Shown here: positions 1-8,533 of the stretch, in pieces
Layout of the letters: each line of letters opens with the position of its first letter
How positions within the stretch are numbered: the stretch's first letter is position 1
From: a virus
Taxonomy: Duplodnaviria; Heunggongvirae; Uroviricota; Caudoviricetes
IMG/VR virus record: IMGVR_UViG_2917413769_000005
DNA: 30,838 nt
Reading direction: 5' to 3' (one strand)
The notes under the pieces: model-generated
What the model was told of the DNA's origin: nothing
Databases searched by the model: none
What the model saw: only the letters and a program-made list of their open reading frames with translations
Position numbers and translations under genes: made by a program

Positions 1-384
1 TCACTCATCAGCGCCGCACTTATCTCTGTAGCTAGAAGGTACTGGCTCGCTAAATCGGGTATAGATTTTTTTATCTGTTACATAGTATGAAACGCCAGCT
101 GAAAATATACCTTTGGGTTTCATGCTGATTTTCATGATGAATGGAGAAAATCCTTCATAGGCTCCGAAGCCATTTTTTCCATTGATCTGGCCGCATACGT
201 AGCCAACAGTAGCGCCTTCCGATGATTGCTCAGTCTGAACAAATCTTAAATATCTAAATTTAACGCTATCTGGATCCCTAACGTCAGTTGCTATTTCCTT
301 CTTACCTAATTCAACTGCTTTTTCTGCGCTTGGCTTGCATCCAACGAGAGAAACCAAAGCCAGTATTAACAACACCTTTTTCAT
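1..384 (-). CDS. predicted lipoprotein, function unknown (possible moron or flanking host gene)
   Basis: 127-aa ORF; N-terminus MKKVLLILALVSLVGC is a type II signal peptide with lipobox Cys; ATG at 382-384 preceded by GGGATAGGGA; stop TGA at 1-3; visibly AT-richer than the phage genes. Confidence 0.55.
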   Translation of the reverse strand: MKKVLLILALVSLVGCKPSAEKAVELGKKEIATDVRDPDSVKFRYLRFVQTEQSSEGATVGYVCGQINGKNGFGAYEGFSPFIMKISMKPKGIFSAGVSYYVTDKKIYTRFSEPVPSSYRDKCGADE

Positions 385-509
385 ATCCCTATCCCATCAT
401 CGCTATTAATATGCTGACCGATGTTATCAAAGATATTTTCTCTGGAGAAAGCGTTTTACTTGAAGTTGCCCCCGCACTGAATGGATTTACGGGGGCGCTT
501 TGACTATGG

Positions 510-758
510 TCAGAGAGCCAGATTAAGCTGGTCTCTGCCGTAATGTGATGCCGGGAAGGCATCGCGGGGGATGAAGTCAGGCGGTAGCGATGCAACACCT
601 GCGCGTTTTGTTACTTCCCTTTCCACACTGTTAAGCGTGGTGAATGACCGGCTACATTCCAGATTCTGACACTGGTGATATTGCCGGATTGTCATATCGG
701 TTATTTTACGGCTGGTACGTGTGCGGGCCATAGCGCCGCAAAATGGACATCTGAACAT
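510..758 (-). CDS. ogr: Ogr/Delta-type zinc-finger late transcription activator
   Basis: Translation MFRCPFCG...RTSRKITD...YHQCQNLECSRSF matches the Cys4 Ogr pattern; ATG at 756-758 with GGGGAG upstream; the ORF-track start at 791 has no RBS. Confidence 0.75.
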   Translation of the reverse strand: MFRCPFCGAMARTRTSRKITDMTIRQYHQCQNLECSRSFTTLNSVEREVTKRAGVASLPPDFIPRDAFPASHYGRDQLNLAL

Positions 759-797
759 AATGATGGCTCCCCTGTGGGAGTTGAACTCCATTTCATT

Positions 798-1934
798 TTA
801 TTCAGTTTCCGCGATCCAGTCAGGTATTTTCGCTTCCAGCTCCAGCCGGGTGGTAAAACCGCTGTCGTCTATGACGTGCTCAGCACGCGCAATGATCCAA
901 TCCTGATTATCTATTTCATCCTTAAAACCACTTACCGTGACGTGCATTTCCGGGTAAAGCTCAGCGCGGCCACGCGCCAGGGTGATCGAAAACTCTGCTG
1001 CGCCACGCTGAAGCTGTTGCCACTTTGCCGCCGCCGCACGTTTCGCCGCCTCTTCATTCTGGTAGGTTTTGCGCAGCACATAAACGTTACCGTCTGCGCC
1101 CTCCATGTAATCGCCCTCGCGGCTGCTGCTCTTCTCTTTTTTGGGCTTTGCAGGTTTGCGGCGCTTAACGCTGACCTTTTTCTTTTTGCCAAAATTCAGA
1201 TCCAGCCAGTAAGCCCGGACGCCGGTATAGGCATCCCGATCGGCAATACGAAAGCGATGCCGGTCGCCACTTGTGCGATCAATACTGGCAGAGGGGAGCG
1301 CCTTCCCGTCAGCGGTCACACCACCACCCGGCAGGATAAACAGCAGACTGCCGTTCTTGACGGTGGCAATTGCGCCCAGCATGTCCGCCATGCGAGTAAG
1401 GAATGACATATCGCTTTCCTGCGTCTGGTCGGCGTGATCAATCTCAATATCTATGAGCATTTCACTGATCTGCGCCTTCAGTCCGTAGCGGTGCGCTATT
1501 GCCGACACAACTCGCTCAACGGTCACGTCATGCCATGAGACTTCGCGCTTTACGTTGAATTCTTCACGAAAATCAGCGCTGCGGGCAGTAACGCCAATGG
1601 TATCTGCCGGGCCTTCGTGGGAAACCTCGTCAACCGTGTACAGCCCCTTGTAAATCAGCGGTTCACCCAGCCAGCCAAATGATACGGCAAGCTCAGCCCC
1701 GCGCGGCGGCAGTGCAACCATACCGTCACTGTCATCAATGGAAATAGATAGCTGATCAGCATCAAAGCCCCTGTTGTCCGTCAGTGACAACGACATGATC
1801 CGATCATCAAGCTGCGTCAGTACCTTGCCGCCCATCGTAATGTTGAATCCCGGACTTTTTACCGCTTCGGTCAGTGAATCGTTATAACTGCTGACTGCGT
1901 CGTTAAGTGATTTGGTCAGGTCTGTAAGTGCCAT
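798..1934 (-). CDS. D: tail protein D (late control gene D family)
   Basis: 378 aa with GDRHRFR..RDAYTGV and C-terminal LQRGAAEFSITLARGR..TRLELE pattern typical of P2 gpD; RBS AAGGGGGA before ATG at 1932-1934. Confidence 0.85.
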   Translation of the reverse strand: MALTDLTKSLNDAVSSYNDSLTEAVKSPGFNITMGGKVLTQLDDRIMSLSLTDNRGFDADQLSISIDDSDGMVALPPRGAELAVSFGWLGEPLIYKGLYTVDEVSHEGPADTIGVTARSADFREEFNVKREVSWHDVTVERVVSAIAHRYGLKAQISEMLIDIEIDHADQTQESDMSFLTRMADMLGAIATVKNGSLLFILPGGGVTADGKALPSASIDRTSGDRHRFRIADRDAYTGVRAYWLDLNFGKKKKVSVKRRKPAKPKKEKSSSREGDYMEGADGNVYVLRKTYQNEEAAKRAAAAKWQQLQRGAAEFSITLARGRAELYPEMHVTVSGFKDEIDNQDWIIARAEHVIDDSGFTTRLELEAKIPDWIAETE

Positions 1935-1987
1935 GCTTTCCCCCTTCTTCCGGCGAAGGATCCCACGCGCGCGGGAGATACCAAATC

Positions 1988-2016
1988 GGTTTTTGTTGTC
2001 ACCGTCCTGCCAGACC
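1988..2016. promoter_or_regulatory. conserved motif GGTTTT(T)GTTGTC-N9-CCAGACC in the divergent D/FI intergenic region; putative late promoter activator site
   Basis: Same motif with identical spacing recurs at 18035-18062 in the O/P divergent region; read on the minus strand it gives TCT-N12-ACA, close to the Ogr-site pattern TGT-N12-ACA. Confidence 0.4.
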
Positions 2017-2042
2017 CGTAATAGCGTGAGTGGCGGTCAAAC

Positions 2043-3269
2043 ATGGGGGATTATCACTGCGAACTCAATAACGTAATGGTGGAAACTATGGCGGAAGATC
2101 GCTTTCATGGTGCCCGCATCCGGGAGAATACCGACCTTGTGGCGGCTATCAATGACATTGAATCGAATGTCATTGGGGTCGTCGCCGTGGCGGATGATGC
2201 CGATGCGGAAGCCTTTCCCCTGAATACCCCCGTGTTAGTGACGCGGGTTAACAACGTGCTGGGTAAGGCGGGTAAAACCGGCTCCCTGTACAAAACGCTT
2301 AAGGCCATCGCTGACCAGACCAGCCCGAAGGTGATCGTTGTGCGCGTGGCAGCAGCTACGGAAGAGGAAGGCGGTAAAACGCAGGCACAGCTTATCATGG
2401 GCGGCACGGCAGAAGACGGCAGCTATACCGGCATGTACGCATTCCTGACGGCAGAACAGAAGGTCGGCTATCGTCCGCGCATTCTGGCTGTGCCGGGATA
2501 CGACACGGAAGAAGTGACCTCCGCGTTGTGCGTCATTGCGCAAAACCTGCGCGCGTTTGTCTATGCCAGTTGTTACGGCTGTAAGACGATGGCGGAAGCC
2601 ATCACCTATCGCGCAACCTTCGCCTACCGCGAACTTATGCTTATCTGGCCTGATTTCATCGCCTATAACCCGCTGACCGGAGAAAACGAAACCTTCCCGG
2701 CCCCGGCGTATGCCTGCGGCCTGCGTGCGCTGATTGACAACAATCAGGGCTGGCATAAATCGCTTTCCAACGTATCAGTCAACAACGTGCTGGGTATTTC
2801 TCAGGATGTTTTCTGGTCGCTTCAGGCAGAAGACAGCGACGCGAACGAACTGAACAACAAGGAGATCACGACGCTCATCAAGCGTAACGGATTCCGGTTC
2901 TGGGGAAACCGCGTCACGGATACCAAAGATTACATCTTTGAGGTTTATACCCGTACCGCCCAGATTCTGGCTGACAGCATTGCGGAAGCGCAGTTTGAGG
3001 CCATTGACGAACCGCTTACCCCAGCGAACGTCAAGGACGTGGTGAGCGGTATCAGCGGGAAACTCAGCTCGCTGGTGACGCAGGGGCGGCTAATCGGCGC
3101 TGAATGCTGGTTTGATATCCTGGATAACCCGACAACCGGGCTTCGACAGGGTCAGGTGCGCATTCGCTATAAATATACGCCGGTTCCGCCGATGGAGGAT
3201 CTGACGATGTACCAGACCTTCACCGATGAATACTTTGAATCGGCGTTCTCTTCGCTGGGAGGTGCATAA
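2043..3269 (+). CDS. FI: contractile tail sheath protein
   Basis: 408 aa; N-terminal MGDYH and overall pattern (DADAEAFPLN, RAFVYAS, GFRFWGNR, YKYTPVPPMEDL) match P2 FI. Confidence 0.9.
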   Translation: MGDYHCELNNVMVETMAEDRFHGARIRENTDLVAAINDIESNVIGVVAVADDADAEAFPLNTPVLVTRVNNVLGKAGKTGSLYKTLKAIADQTSPKVIVVRVAAATEEEGGKTQAQLIMGGTAEDGSYTGMYAFLTAEQKVGYRPRILAVPGYDTEEVTSALCVIAQNLRAFVYASCYGCKTMAEAITYRATFAYRELMLIWPDFIAYNPLTGENETFPAPAYACGLRALIDNNQGWHKSLSNVSVNNVLGISQDVFWSLQAEDSDANELNNKEITTLIKRNGFRFWGNRVTDTKDYIFEVYTRTAQILADSIAEAQFEAIDEPLTPANVKDVVSGISGKLSSLVTQGRLIGAECWFDILDNPTTGLRQGQVRIRYKYTPVPPMEDLTMYQTFTDEYFESAFSSLGGA

Positions 3270-3785
3270 ATGGCGGTTCCCCACAAACTGCGCCTGTTCA
3301 CCTGCTTTGTGAACGGCAGCAACTGCATCGGCAAAGTCTCTTCCGTGACGCTGCCAAAGCTGACACGTAAAACGGAAGACTTTCAGGGCGGCGGGATGAT
3401 TGGATCCGCTGCGGTGGATCTCGGTCTGGACAGTGGCGCGCTGGATACCACGATGGTGGTTGGCGGTCTGGTTCAGTCGCTTCTGCTGAACTACTGCGGC
3501 GATATCGACGAGACCCGCTTCCGCTTCGCCGGCGAGTATTACACCGATGGTGAAAGCCTGCTGGTTGAGGTCGAACTGCGCGGCCGCATCACCGAAATGG
3601 ACGGCGGTGAAAGCAAGCAGGGAGAAGACACCTCCGTCAGCTACACGATGAAGAACACCTACTACAAGCTCACCATCGACGATAAGCCGTTGTTTGAGTT
3701 TGATCTGCTGAACTTCATCTACAAGAAAGACGGCAAGAATATCTACCCTGACCGCATTACGTCTGCGCTGGGAATGGGTAACTGA
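3270..3785 (+). CDS. FII: tail tube protein
   Basis: 171 aa; VTLPKLTRKTEDFQGGGMIGSAAVDLGLD matches P2 FII; starts directly after the FI stop. Confidence 0.9.
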   Translation: MAVPHKLRLFTCFVNGSNCIGKVSSVTLPKLTRKTEDFQGGGMIGSAAVDLGLDSGALDTTMVVGGLVQSLLLNYCGDIDETRFRFAGEYYTDGESLLVEVELRGRITEMDGGESKQGEDTSVSYTMKNTYYKLTIDDKPLFEFDLLNFIYKKDGKNIYPDRITSALGMGN

Positions 3786-3833
3786 TTAACCTGATAAGTG
3801 GCGGCACACCCGTGCCGCCCGGAGTATTCAACA

Positions 3834-4151
3834 ATGAGCAAAAAAAACGATAACGCCATTACGCTGGCAAAACCCGTTGTTCGCGGCGATGAGAAAATTA
3901 CTCAGGTAACGATCACTGATGAGATCAAACAGGCTGGTTCCCTGCGCGGGCTGAAGCTGGTTAACGTGATGAATATGGATGTGGATTCAGTAGCGATATT
4001 GCTGACCCGCGTCACGTCACCGCGCCTCAAACAAACCGAGATCAACGAAATGGATACCCGTGATTTTGTCAGCCTGTCAGAAGCGCTCGTCCCTTTTTTG
4101 ACGCCTGCGGGGTCTGGAGCATCGAACGAGGCGGAGACGGAGAATCAGTAA
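3834..4151 (+). CDS. E: tail assembly chaperone E
   Basis: ATG at 3834 (MSKKNDNAITLAKPVVRGDEK) with GGAG 9 nt upstream; contains slippery T_TTT_TTG at 4094-4100 near its 3' end as in P2 E. Confidence 0.8.
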   Translation: MSKKNDNAITLAKPVVRGDEKITQVTITDEIKQAGSLRGLKLVNVMNMDVDSVAILLTRVTSPRLKQTEINEMDTRDFVSLSEALVPFLTPAGSGASNEAETENQ

Positions 4152-4312
4152 CACTCCTGCGGTTCGACCTGATCGACGATCTGGTCGCTGATATCGCGGT
4201 TGTTTTCAACTGGCCGCCCTCTGAAGTCTTCACGATGGAACTGGGCGAAGTCATAGCCTGGCGTGAGCGGGCGGCTGTCCGAAGTGGAGCCAGTGACAGT
4301 GAAAAGCCTTAA
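3834..4312 (+). CDS. tail assembly chaperone E+E' fusion made by -1 programmed ribosomal frameshift
   Basis: Slippery heptamer TTTTTTG at 4094-4100; the -1 frame reads on through ...WPPSEVFTMELGEVIAWRERAAVRSG... to TAA at 4310-4312, overlapping the start of T. Confidence 0.6.
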
Positions 4313-6797
4313 TATCCGCGTCGCGTTCAGCGCGATCGATAAACTTACCCGCCCGGTCAATGCCGCCCGCCAGAGTGCGGGCGGTTTGTCTGAATCCCTC
4401 AAAAAAACGCAATCCAGCATTAAAGATCTGGACAGCCAGTCCCGCACGTTCAACCGTCTGCGCGACAGCGTACAAAAGACCTCTCGCAAAATTGACGAAG
4501 CCAGCCGGACGCTTGAAGGGCTGAATCAGGCGCAGCGGGAAGGTACACAGCTTACAGACAAGCAAAAAGCACATATGGCAGCACTGGCCGCAAAGCTGGA
4601 GCGCCTTAACTCTGCACGCACGCAGGAAATGGTTAAGCTGCGTGCTGCCTCACAGGCGCTGCGCAGCCACGGCGTTTCACTGGTCGGCAGTGATCGCACC
4701 ATTCAGAGCGCGATACGTCGAACCGAACAGTACAACCAGACGCTGGAGCGGGAACGGCGACAGCTTGCCGCTGTCACACAGGCACGGGCGCGCTATGACC
4801 AGATGCAGCAAACAGCGGGTAAACTTCGCGGCGGTGGCACGATGGCCGTTGCCGGGGCCACTGCTGCCGGTTACGCAGCGGGACGCTTCTTATCCCCCGC
4901 TGTTGGGTTTGACCGGGAAATGTCCCGCGTGCAGGCGCTGACCCGTATAGATAAAAGCTCAACAGACTTTTCAGCACTTCGTGAACAGGCCAAAAAGCTG
5001 GGCGCTGAAACGCAGTTCACCACGACTGACGCCGCCAGCGGGCAGGCGTTTCTCGCTATGGCCGGTTTCACTCCGCAGGCCATTCAGGCAGCACTGCCCG
5101 GCGTGCTCAATATGGCACTGGCCGGTGGCATGGATTTAGGTGAAAGCGCCGATATCAGCTCAAACATCCTGTCTCAGTTCCGCCTCGATCCCAAAGAAAT
5201 GGATCGCGTCAGTGACGTATTAACTGGCGCGTTCACACGTACCAACACCGATCTGCAAAATATCGGTGAGGCTATGAAGTACGCCGGGACAGGTCTTTCC
5301 AATCTTGGCGTCAGTGTTGAACAGACAACAGCCATGATCGGCGTGATGGCAAACGTTGGCCTGCGCGGGAGTATCGCCGGGACAGGATTACAGGCCGCGT
5401 TTTCACGCCTTGCCGCGCCAACCGGCAGGGCAAAAACCGCTCTCAAAGAACTGGGAGTAGACGTTGCTGATGCCACGGGGAAAATGCGCCCTGCTGAAGA
5501 GGTTCTCACTGAACTCTATAAAAAGATCAGCAAGTACGGCGATACCGACAAGCTCTCTTTCTTTAAAGATATCGCCGGTGAAGAGGCGTCAAAGTCATTG
5601 CAGGCACTGGTTATGTCAGCCGGGAGCGGCGAACTTCAAAAGCTGCTGGAAGCACTGAAAAACGCCAAAGGTGAGGCACAGAAAGCCGCCAAAATAATGG
5701 CGGATAACCTTGATGGCGATCTCAAGAATCTGGACAGCGCATGGGAAGGGTTTCGCATCCAGATTAACGATCTCGTCGATAACCAGCTTCGCGCCCTGAC
5801 TCAGGGGCTGAGTGATGTTGTGGGGAATATGACGCAGTGGGCGAAGGAGAATCCGAAGCTCGCTCAATCCCTGCTGGTTGTCGGCGGCAGCATTCTGGCA
5901 CTGACCGCCGCCATTGGCGGCACATCGCTGGCGATCGGCCTGCTGATGGGGCCACTGGCTAAACTCCAGTTAGGTTTTACCCTATTGACAGGGGGCGCAA
6001 CCGGAACAATCTCCGCCCTACGAACGCTCGGAACAGCTTCCGGCCCGGCAATGGCAAGTGTGCGCGGTTGGGGGCCTGTTCTCACATCAATGCTTAGTAA
6101 GCTGCGAGGCATATCGATCATCACGCCCGGCATTCGTGCCGGTCTTATGGGTGCGTTTCTTTCCCCAGGGGCTGCATTAGGATCTCTGTTCAAAAACATC
6201 GGAATGCTCGCTCTTCGCCTGACAGGCTTTACGACCATATGGAGCATTATCACGACCTCAGTATCTGTACTGGGTGCAGCGCTCTCACTTCTACTTAGTC
6301 CGATTGGTCTGATAGCGGCGGCTTTTATCGCTGCCGGATTGCTAATCTGGAGATTCTGGGAGCCGATAAGAGCCTTTTTCACCGGTTTTTTCAGCGGAGT
6401 TATGCAGCAACTGGCACCTTTCCGTGATGCCTTTTTCCCTTTGACGCTGGCCTTCTCAGCAATAGCCAAAGTCGTTGGTGAAGTCTGGGACTGGTTTGTA
6501 AAACTCTTATCACCTGTGGAAAGTAGCCGTGAATCCCTTGATAAATGCGCATCAGCAGGGGAAACATTCGGTAAAGTCCTGGGTAGCGCCCTTCAGTTGC
6601 TGCTATTACCTCTGACAACCCTCATGGAAGGCATTGGCTGGGTACTGGAAAAACTCGGCCTTATCCCTTCTGGTCTGGAAGCTGCACGCCTGAAAGCTGA
6701 AAGCCTTAAAAAAGACCCTGTTATGTGGGAGTGGGATCCGCAGCAGAAAAAAAATGGTGCAAAAGGGATGGAACTGGTCGCCAGTCTCATCAGGTAA
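4299..6797 (+). CDS. T: tail tape measure protein, N-terminal and main part (frame 0)
   Basis: Long coiled-coil-rich then hydrophobic Gly/Ala-rich protein typical of tape measure proteins; likely GTG start at 4299 (GGAG 9 nt upstream; alternative starts 4263-4293); frame ends at TAA 6795-6797 just after an A8 run. Confidence 0.8.
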   Translation: MKSLNIRVAFSAIDKLTRPVNAARQSAGGLSESLKKTQSSIKDLDSQSRTFNRLRDSVQKTSRKIDEASRTLEGLNQAQREGTQLTDKQKAHMAALAAKLERLNSARTQEMVKLRAASQALRSHGVSLVGSDRTIQSAIRRTEQYNQTLERERRQLAAVTQARARYDQMQQTAGKLRGGGTMAVAGATAAGYAAGRFLSPAVGFDREMSRVQALTRIDKSSTDFSALREQAKKLGAETQFTTTDAASGQAFLAMAGFTPQAIQAALPGVLNMALAGGMDLGESADISSNILSQFRLDPKEMDRVSDVLTGAFTRTNTDLQNIGEAMKYAGTGLSNLGVSVEQTTAMIGVMANVGLRGSIAGTGLQAAFSRLAAPTGRAKTALKELGVDVADATGKMRPAEEVLTELYKKISKYGDTDKLSFFKDIAGEEASKSLQALVMSAGSGELQKLLEALKNAKGEAQKAAKIMADNLDGDLKNLDSAWEGFRIQINDLVDNQLRALTQGLSDVVGNMTQWAKENPKLAQSLLVVGGSILALTAAIGGTSLAIGLLMGPLAKLQLGFTLLTGGATGTISALRTLGTASGPAMASVRGWGPVLTSMLSKLRGISIITPGIRAGLMGAFLSPGAALGSLFKNIGMLALRLTGFTTIWSIITTSVSVLGAALSLLLSPIGLIAAAFIAAGLLIWRFWEPIRAFFTGFFSGVMQQLAPFRDAFFPLTLAFSAIAKVVGEVWDWFVKLLSPVESSRESLDKCASAGETFGKVLGSALQLLLLPLTTLMEGIGWVLEKLGLIPSGLEAARLKAESLKKDPVMWEWDPQQKKNGAKGMELVASLIR

Positions 6798-7281
6798 AAA
6801 CAATAACGGGAATACACCCCCGCCCGGAACGCCGCAACCCACATCACCGCTGACCGGCGATAACGGCACTATGCGTCGATTGCAGAACATCGACAGCAAC
6901 ACCAAAGCGACAGCCGACAACACGAAGAAGATCGGCCCCGGCGATATTGTATTTAAAAACCTGCCGCGTGCTCTGGCCGTTCGTGGGGAATGGAAAGAAT
7001 CGCAGCTGGCCAGCACGGTCAGGAACAACGGGTTAAGCGCACGCCCCGCAGTGGTGGCGGCATCGCTTCCCGTAAAACAGGCGGAACTTCCGCCAGTCAG
7101 CCGCAGCGCCAACAATATACCGGTTGCCACTGGCGGCTTTACGGGAGAAATCCACGTACACCTGCACGGCGTTGACCGGCAGGACGCGCGCGAAATTGGC
7201 CGCATTGCTGCCGACGCGGTGAATGCCGAAATTGCCCGCCTTGCGCGGCTTAATCGCGGCAGTTTCAAAGACAGAGATTAA
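6754..7281 (+). CDS. tape measure protein C-terminal segment in +1 frame (frameshifted T or separate ORF)
   Basis: Frame open from 6694; fills the T-U gap where P2 has no gene; ends ...IGRIAADAVNAEIARLARLNRGSFKDRD right before the U RBS; frame change coincides with A8 at 6747-6754. Confidence 0.5.
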   Translation: MVQKGWNWSPVSSGKNNNGNTPPPGTPQPTSPLTGDNGTMRRLQNIDSNTKATADNTKKIGPGDIVFKNLPRALAVRGEWKESQLASTVRNNGLSARPAVVAASLPVKQAELPPVSRSANNIPVATGGFTGEIHVHLHGVDRQDAREIGRIAADAVNAEIARLARLNRGSFKDRD

Positions 7282-7295
7282 GGGGAGGCAACATT

Positions 7296-7784
7296 ATGAT
7301 GATGATATATGGGATGTTCGTTTTTGAACTGAAGACGCTGCCTTACCAGCAACTGCGCCACTCGCTGAACTGGCGTCATGTGAAGAATGATCGCATCAAC
7401 CGATCGGCAAAATGGCAGTACATCGGCGCAGGTGAGACGCAGATCAACCTTGATGGAGTGCTCTACCCTGAAATTACAGGCGGAGACGTATCTCTTACCG
7501 TGCTGGCAACGCAGGCATACACTGGGCGTCCGTGGCCTTTAATCAGCGGCGCGGGGCAGATTTACGGGATGTATGTGCTGACCGGACTACAGGCCACGCA
7601 TACGGAATTTGACCGCTACGGAAAGGCGAAAAAAATAGAGTTTTCGATCAGCTTCCAGCGCTGCGATGAAGACCTGCGCGAACGCCTGCAAGCGTCGTCT
7701 GTTGGCGATCTGCTTTCAGGGCTGAAGGATAAAGCCACGTCCGCCTATAATTCTGCCAGTAGTACGCTGTCGGGCCTGTTCTGA
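7296..7784 (+). CDS. U: tail protein U
   Basis: 162 aa MMMIYGMFVFELKTLPYQQLRHS...GVLYPEITGG pattern of P2 gpU family; strong RBS AAGGGGAGG 7 nt upstream. Confidence 0.85.
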   Translation: MMMIYGMFVFELKTLPYQQLRHSLNWRHVKNDRINRSAKWQYIGAGETQINLDGVLYPEITGGDVSLTVLATQAYTGRPWPLISGAGQIYGMYVLTGLQATHTEFDRYGKAKKIEFSISFQRCDEDLRERLQASSVGDLLSGLKDKATSAYNSASSTLSGLF

Positions 7785-7801
7785 CTGCACCCCATAAAAC
7801 T

Positions 7802-7826
7802 AAAGCGGGCTTTGCCCGCTTTATCT
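7802..7826. terminator. bidirectional rho-independent terminator between convergent U and G
   Basis: Perfect hairpin AAAGCGGGC-TTT-GCCCGCTTT at 7802-7822, flanked by T-runs on both strands. Confidence 0.7.
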
Positions 7827-7936
7827 TCCGGAACACACCGCCATAACTGACTGTGCTACAGCACCGTTAAAAATGACTGTACTCGATACGCACGGCCAGC
7901 ACGGTTATAACCGGCCATACGTGCCGGAATGAAAAC

Positions 7937-8533
7937 TTATTCCGGCTTATCCGGCCAGATGATATCCGGCGCTTTTGACGTGTCCACCGCCTGCACGGCT
8001 TTGATGTAGTGCATCCAGACGATCAGGCTAGTTTTATCTTCATCGCTGATAATGCCTAACTGTAGCTCCGTCTGCCAGAGACTGATCGTTGCCTGACCCC
8101 CACTCAATAACGCTGTTTTCTGTTGCTCTGCCGCTTCCACGTCCGCCGCGTGCTGCGCTTTGGTATCCGTCACCCACTCGCTACCGTTCCACGTATCGTA
8201 TGGCGTAGACGGTGCCAGCGTAGTGGTTTTTTCCGGATAATCACCCGGCGCAGTAATGGAAACCTCTTCACCTGTTTCAGTGCTGTATACCGTTTCGCCA
8301 CGATGATCAGCAACGTATTCCCACGCTTTCAAATCGGCTGTCCGGCAAATAGCCGAACCGGCTTTAGCCTCGCCCGGGGCGTCAGTACAGGAATTTGCGG
8401 GAAGACCTACTCCTATAGCCAAATACTCAACTGATGAAGAAAGGTATTCTCGCGTCTCGCCCTCGTAGTTAAACACTGTGATTTCACCTGCCACCGTGGC
8501 AATAAGTTCACTGTTTAATTTTGCCTGCGTCAT
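7937..8533 (-). CDS. G: tail fibre assembly chaperone
   Basis: 198 aa; C-terminal ...LWQTELQLGIISDEDKTSLIVWMHYIKAVQAVDTS..PDIIWPDKPE typical of tail fibre assembly proteins; ATG overlaps the H stop (TAATG). Confidence 0.8.
   Translation of the reverse strand: MTQAKLNSELIATVAGEITVFNYEGETREYLSSSVEYLAIGVGLPANSCTDAPGEAKAGSAICRTADLKAWEYVADHRGETVYSTETGEEVSITAPGDYPEKTTTLAPSTPYDTWNGSEWVTDTKAQHAADVEAAEQQKTALLSGGQATISLWQTELQLGIISDEDKTSLIVWMHYIKAVQAVDTSKAPDIIWPDKPE

Noticed and set aside
675-1406. 243-aa plus-strand ORF overlapping ogr and D
   Set aside because: Antisense shadow of the well-supported D gene; Arg/Ala-rich composition typical of the wrong frame of GC-rich coding DNA; no RBS.
2235-2756. 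173-aa minus-strand ORF inside the sheath gene
   Set aside because: Lies wholly within and antisense to the conserved FI coding sequence.
5864-6469. 201-aa minus-strand ORF inside the tape measure gene
   Set aside because: Antisense to T; the Ala/Pro/Arg-rich translation looks like a non-coding frame.
6606-7268. 220-aa minus-strand ORF across the T C-terminal region
   Set aside because: Antisense to the T segments; Cys/Arg/Ser-rich low-complexity translation.
1935-7936. Possibility that the apparent FI-U inversion is a strand-assignment mistake
   Set aside because: Checked the translations: D, G, H and the baseplate genes read correctly only on the minus strand, and FI, FII, E, T, U only on the plus strand.
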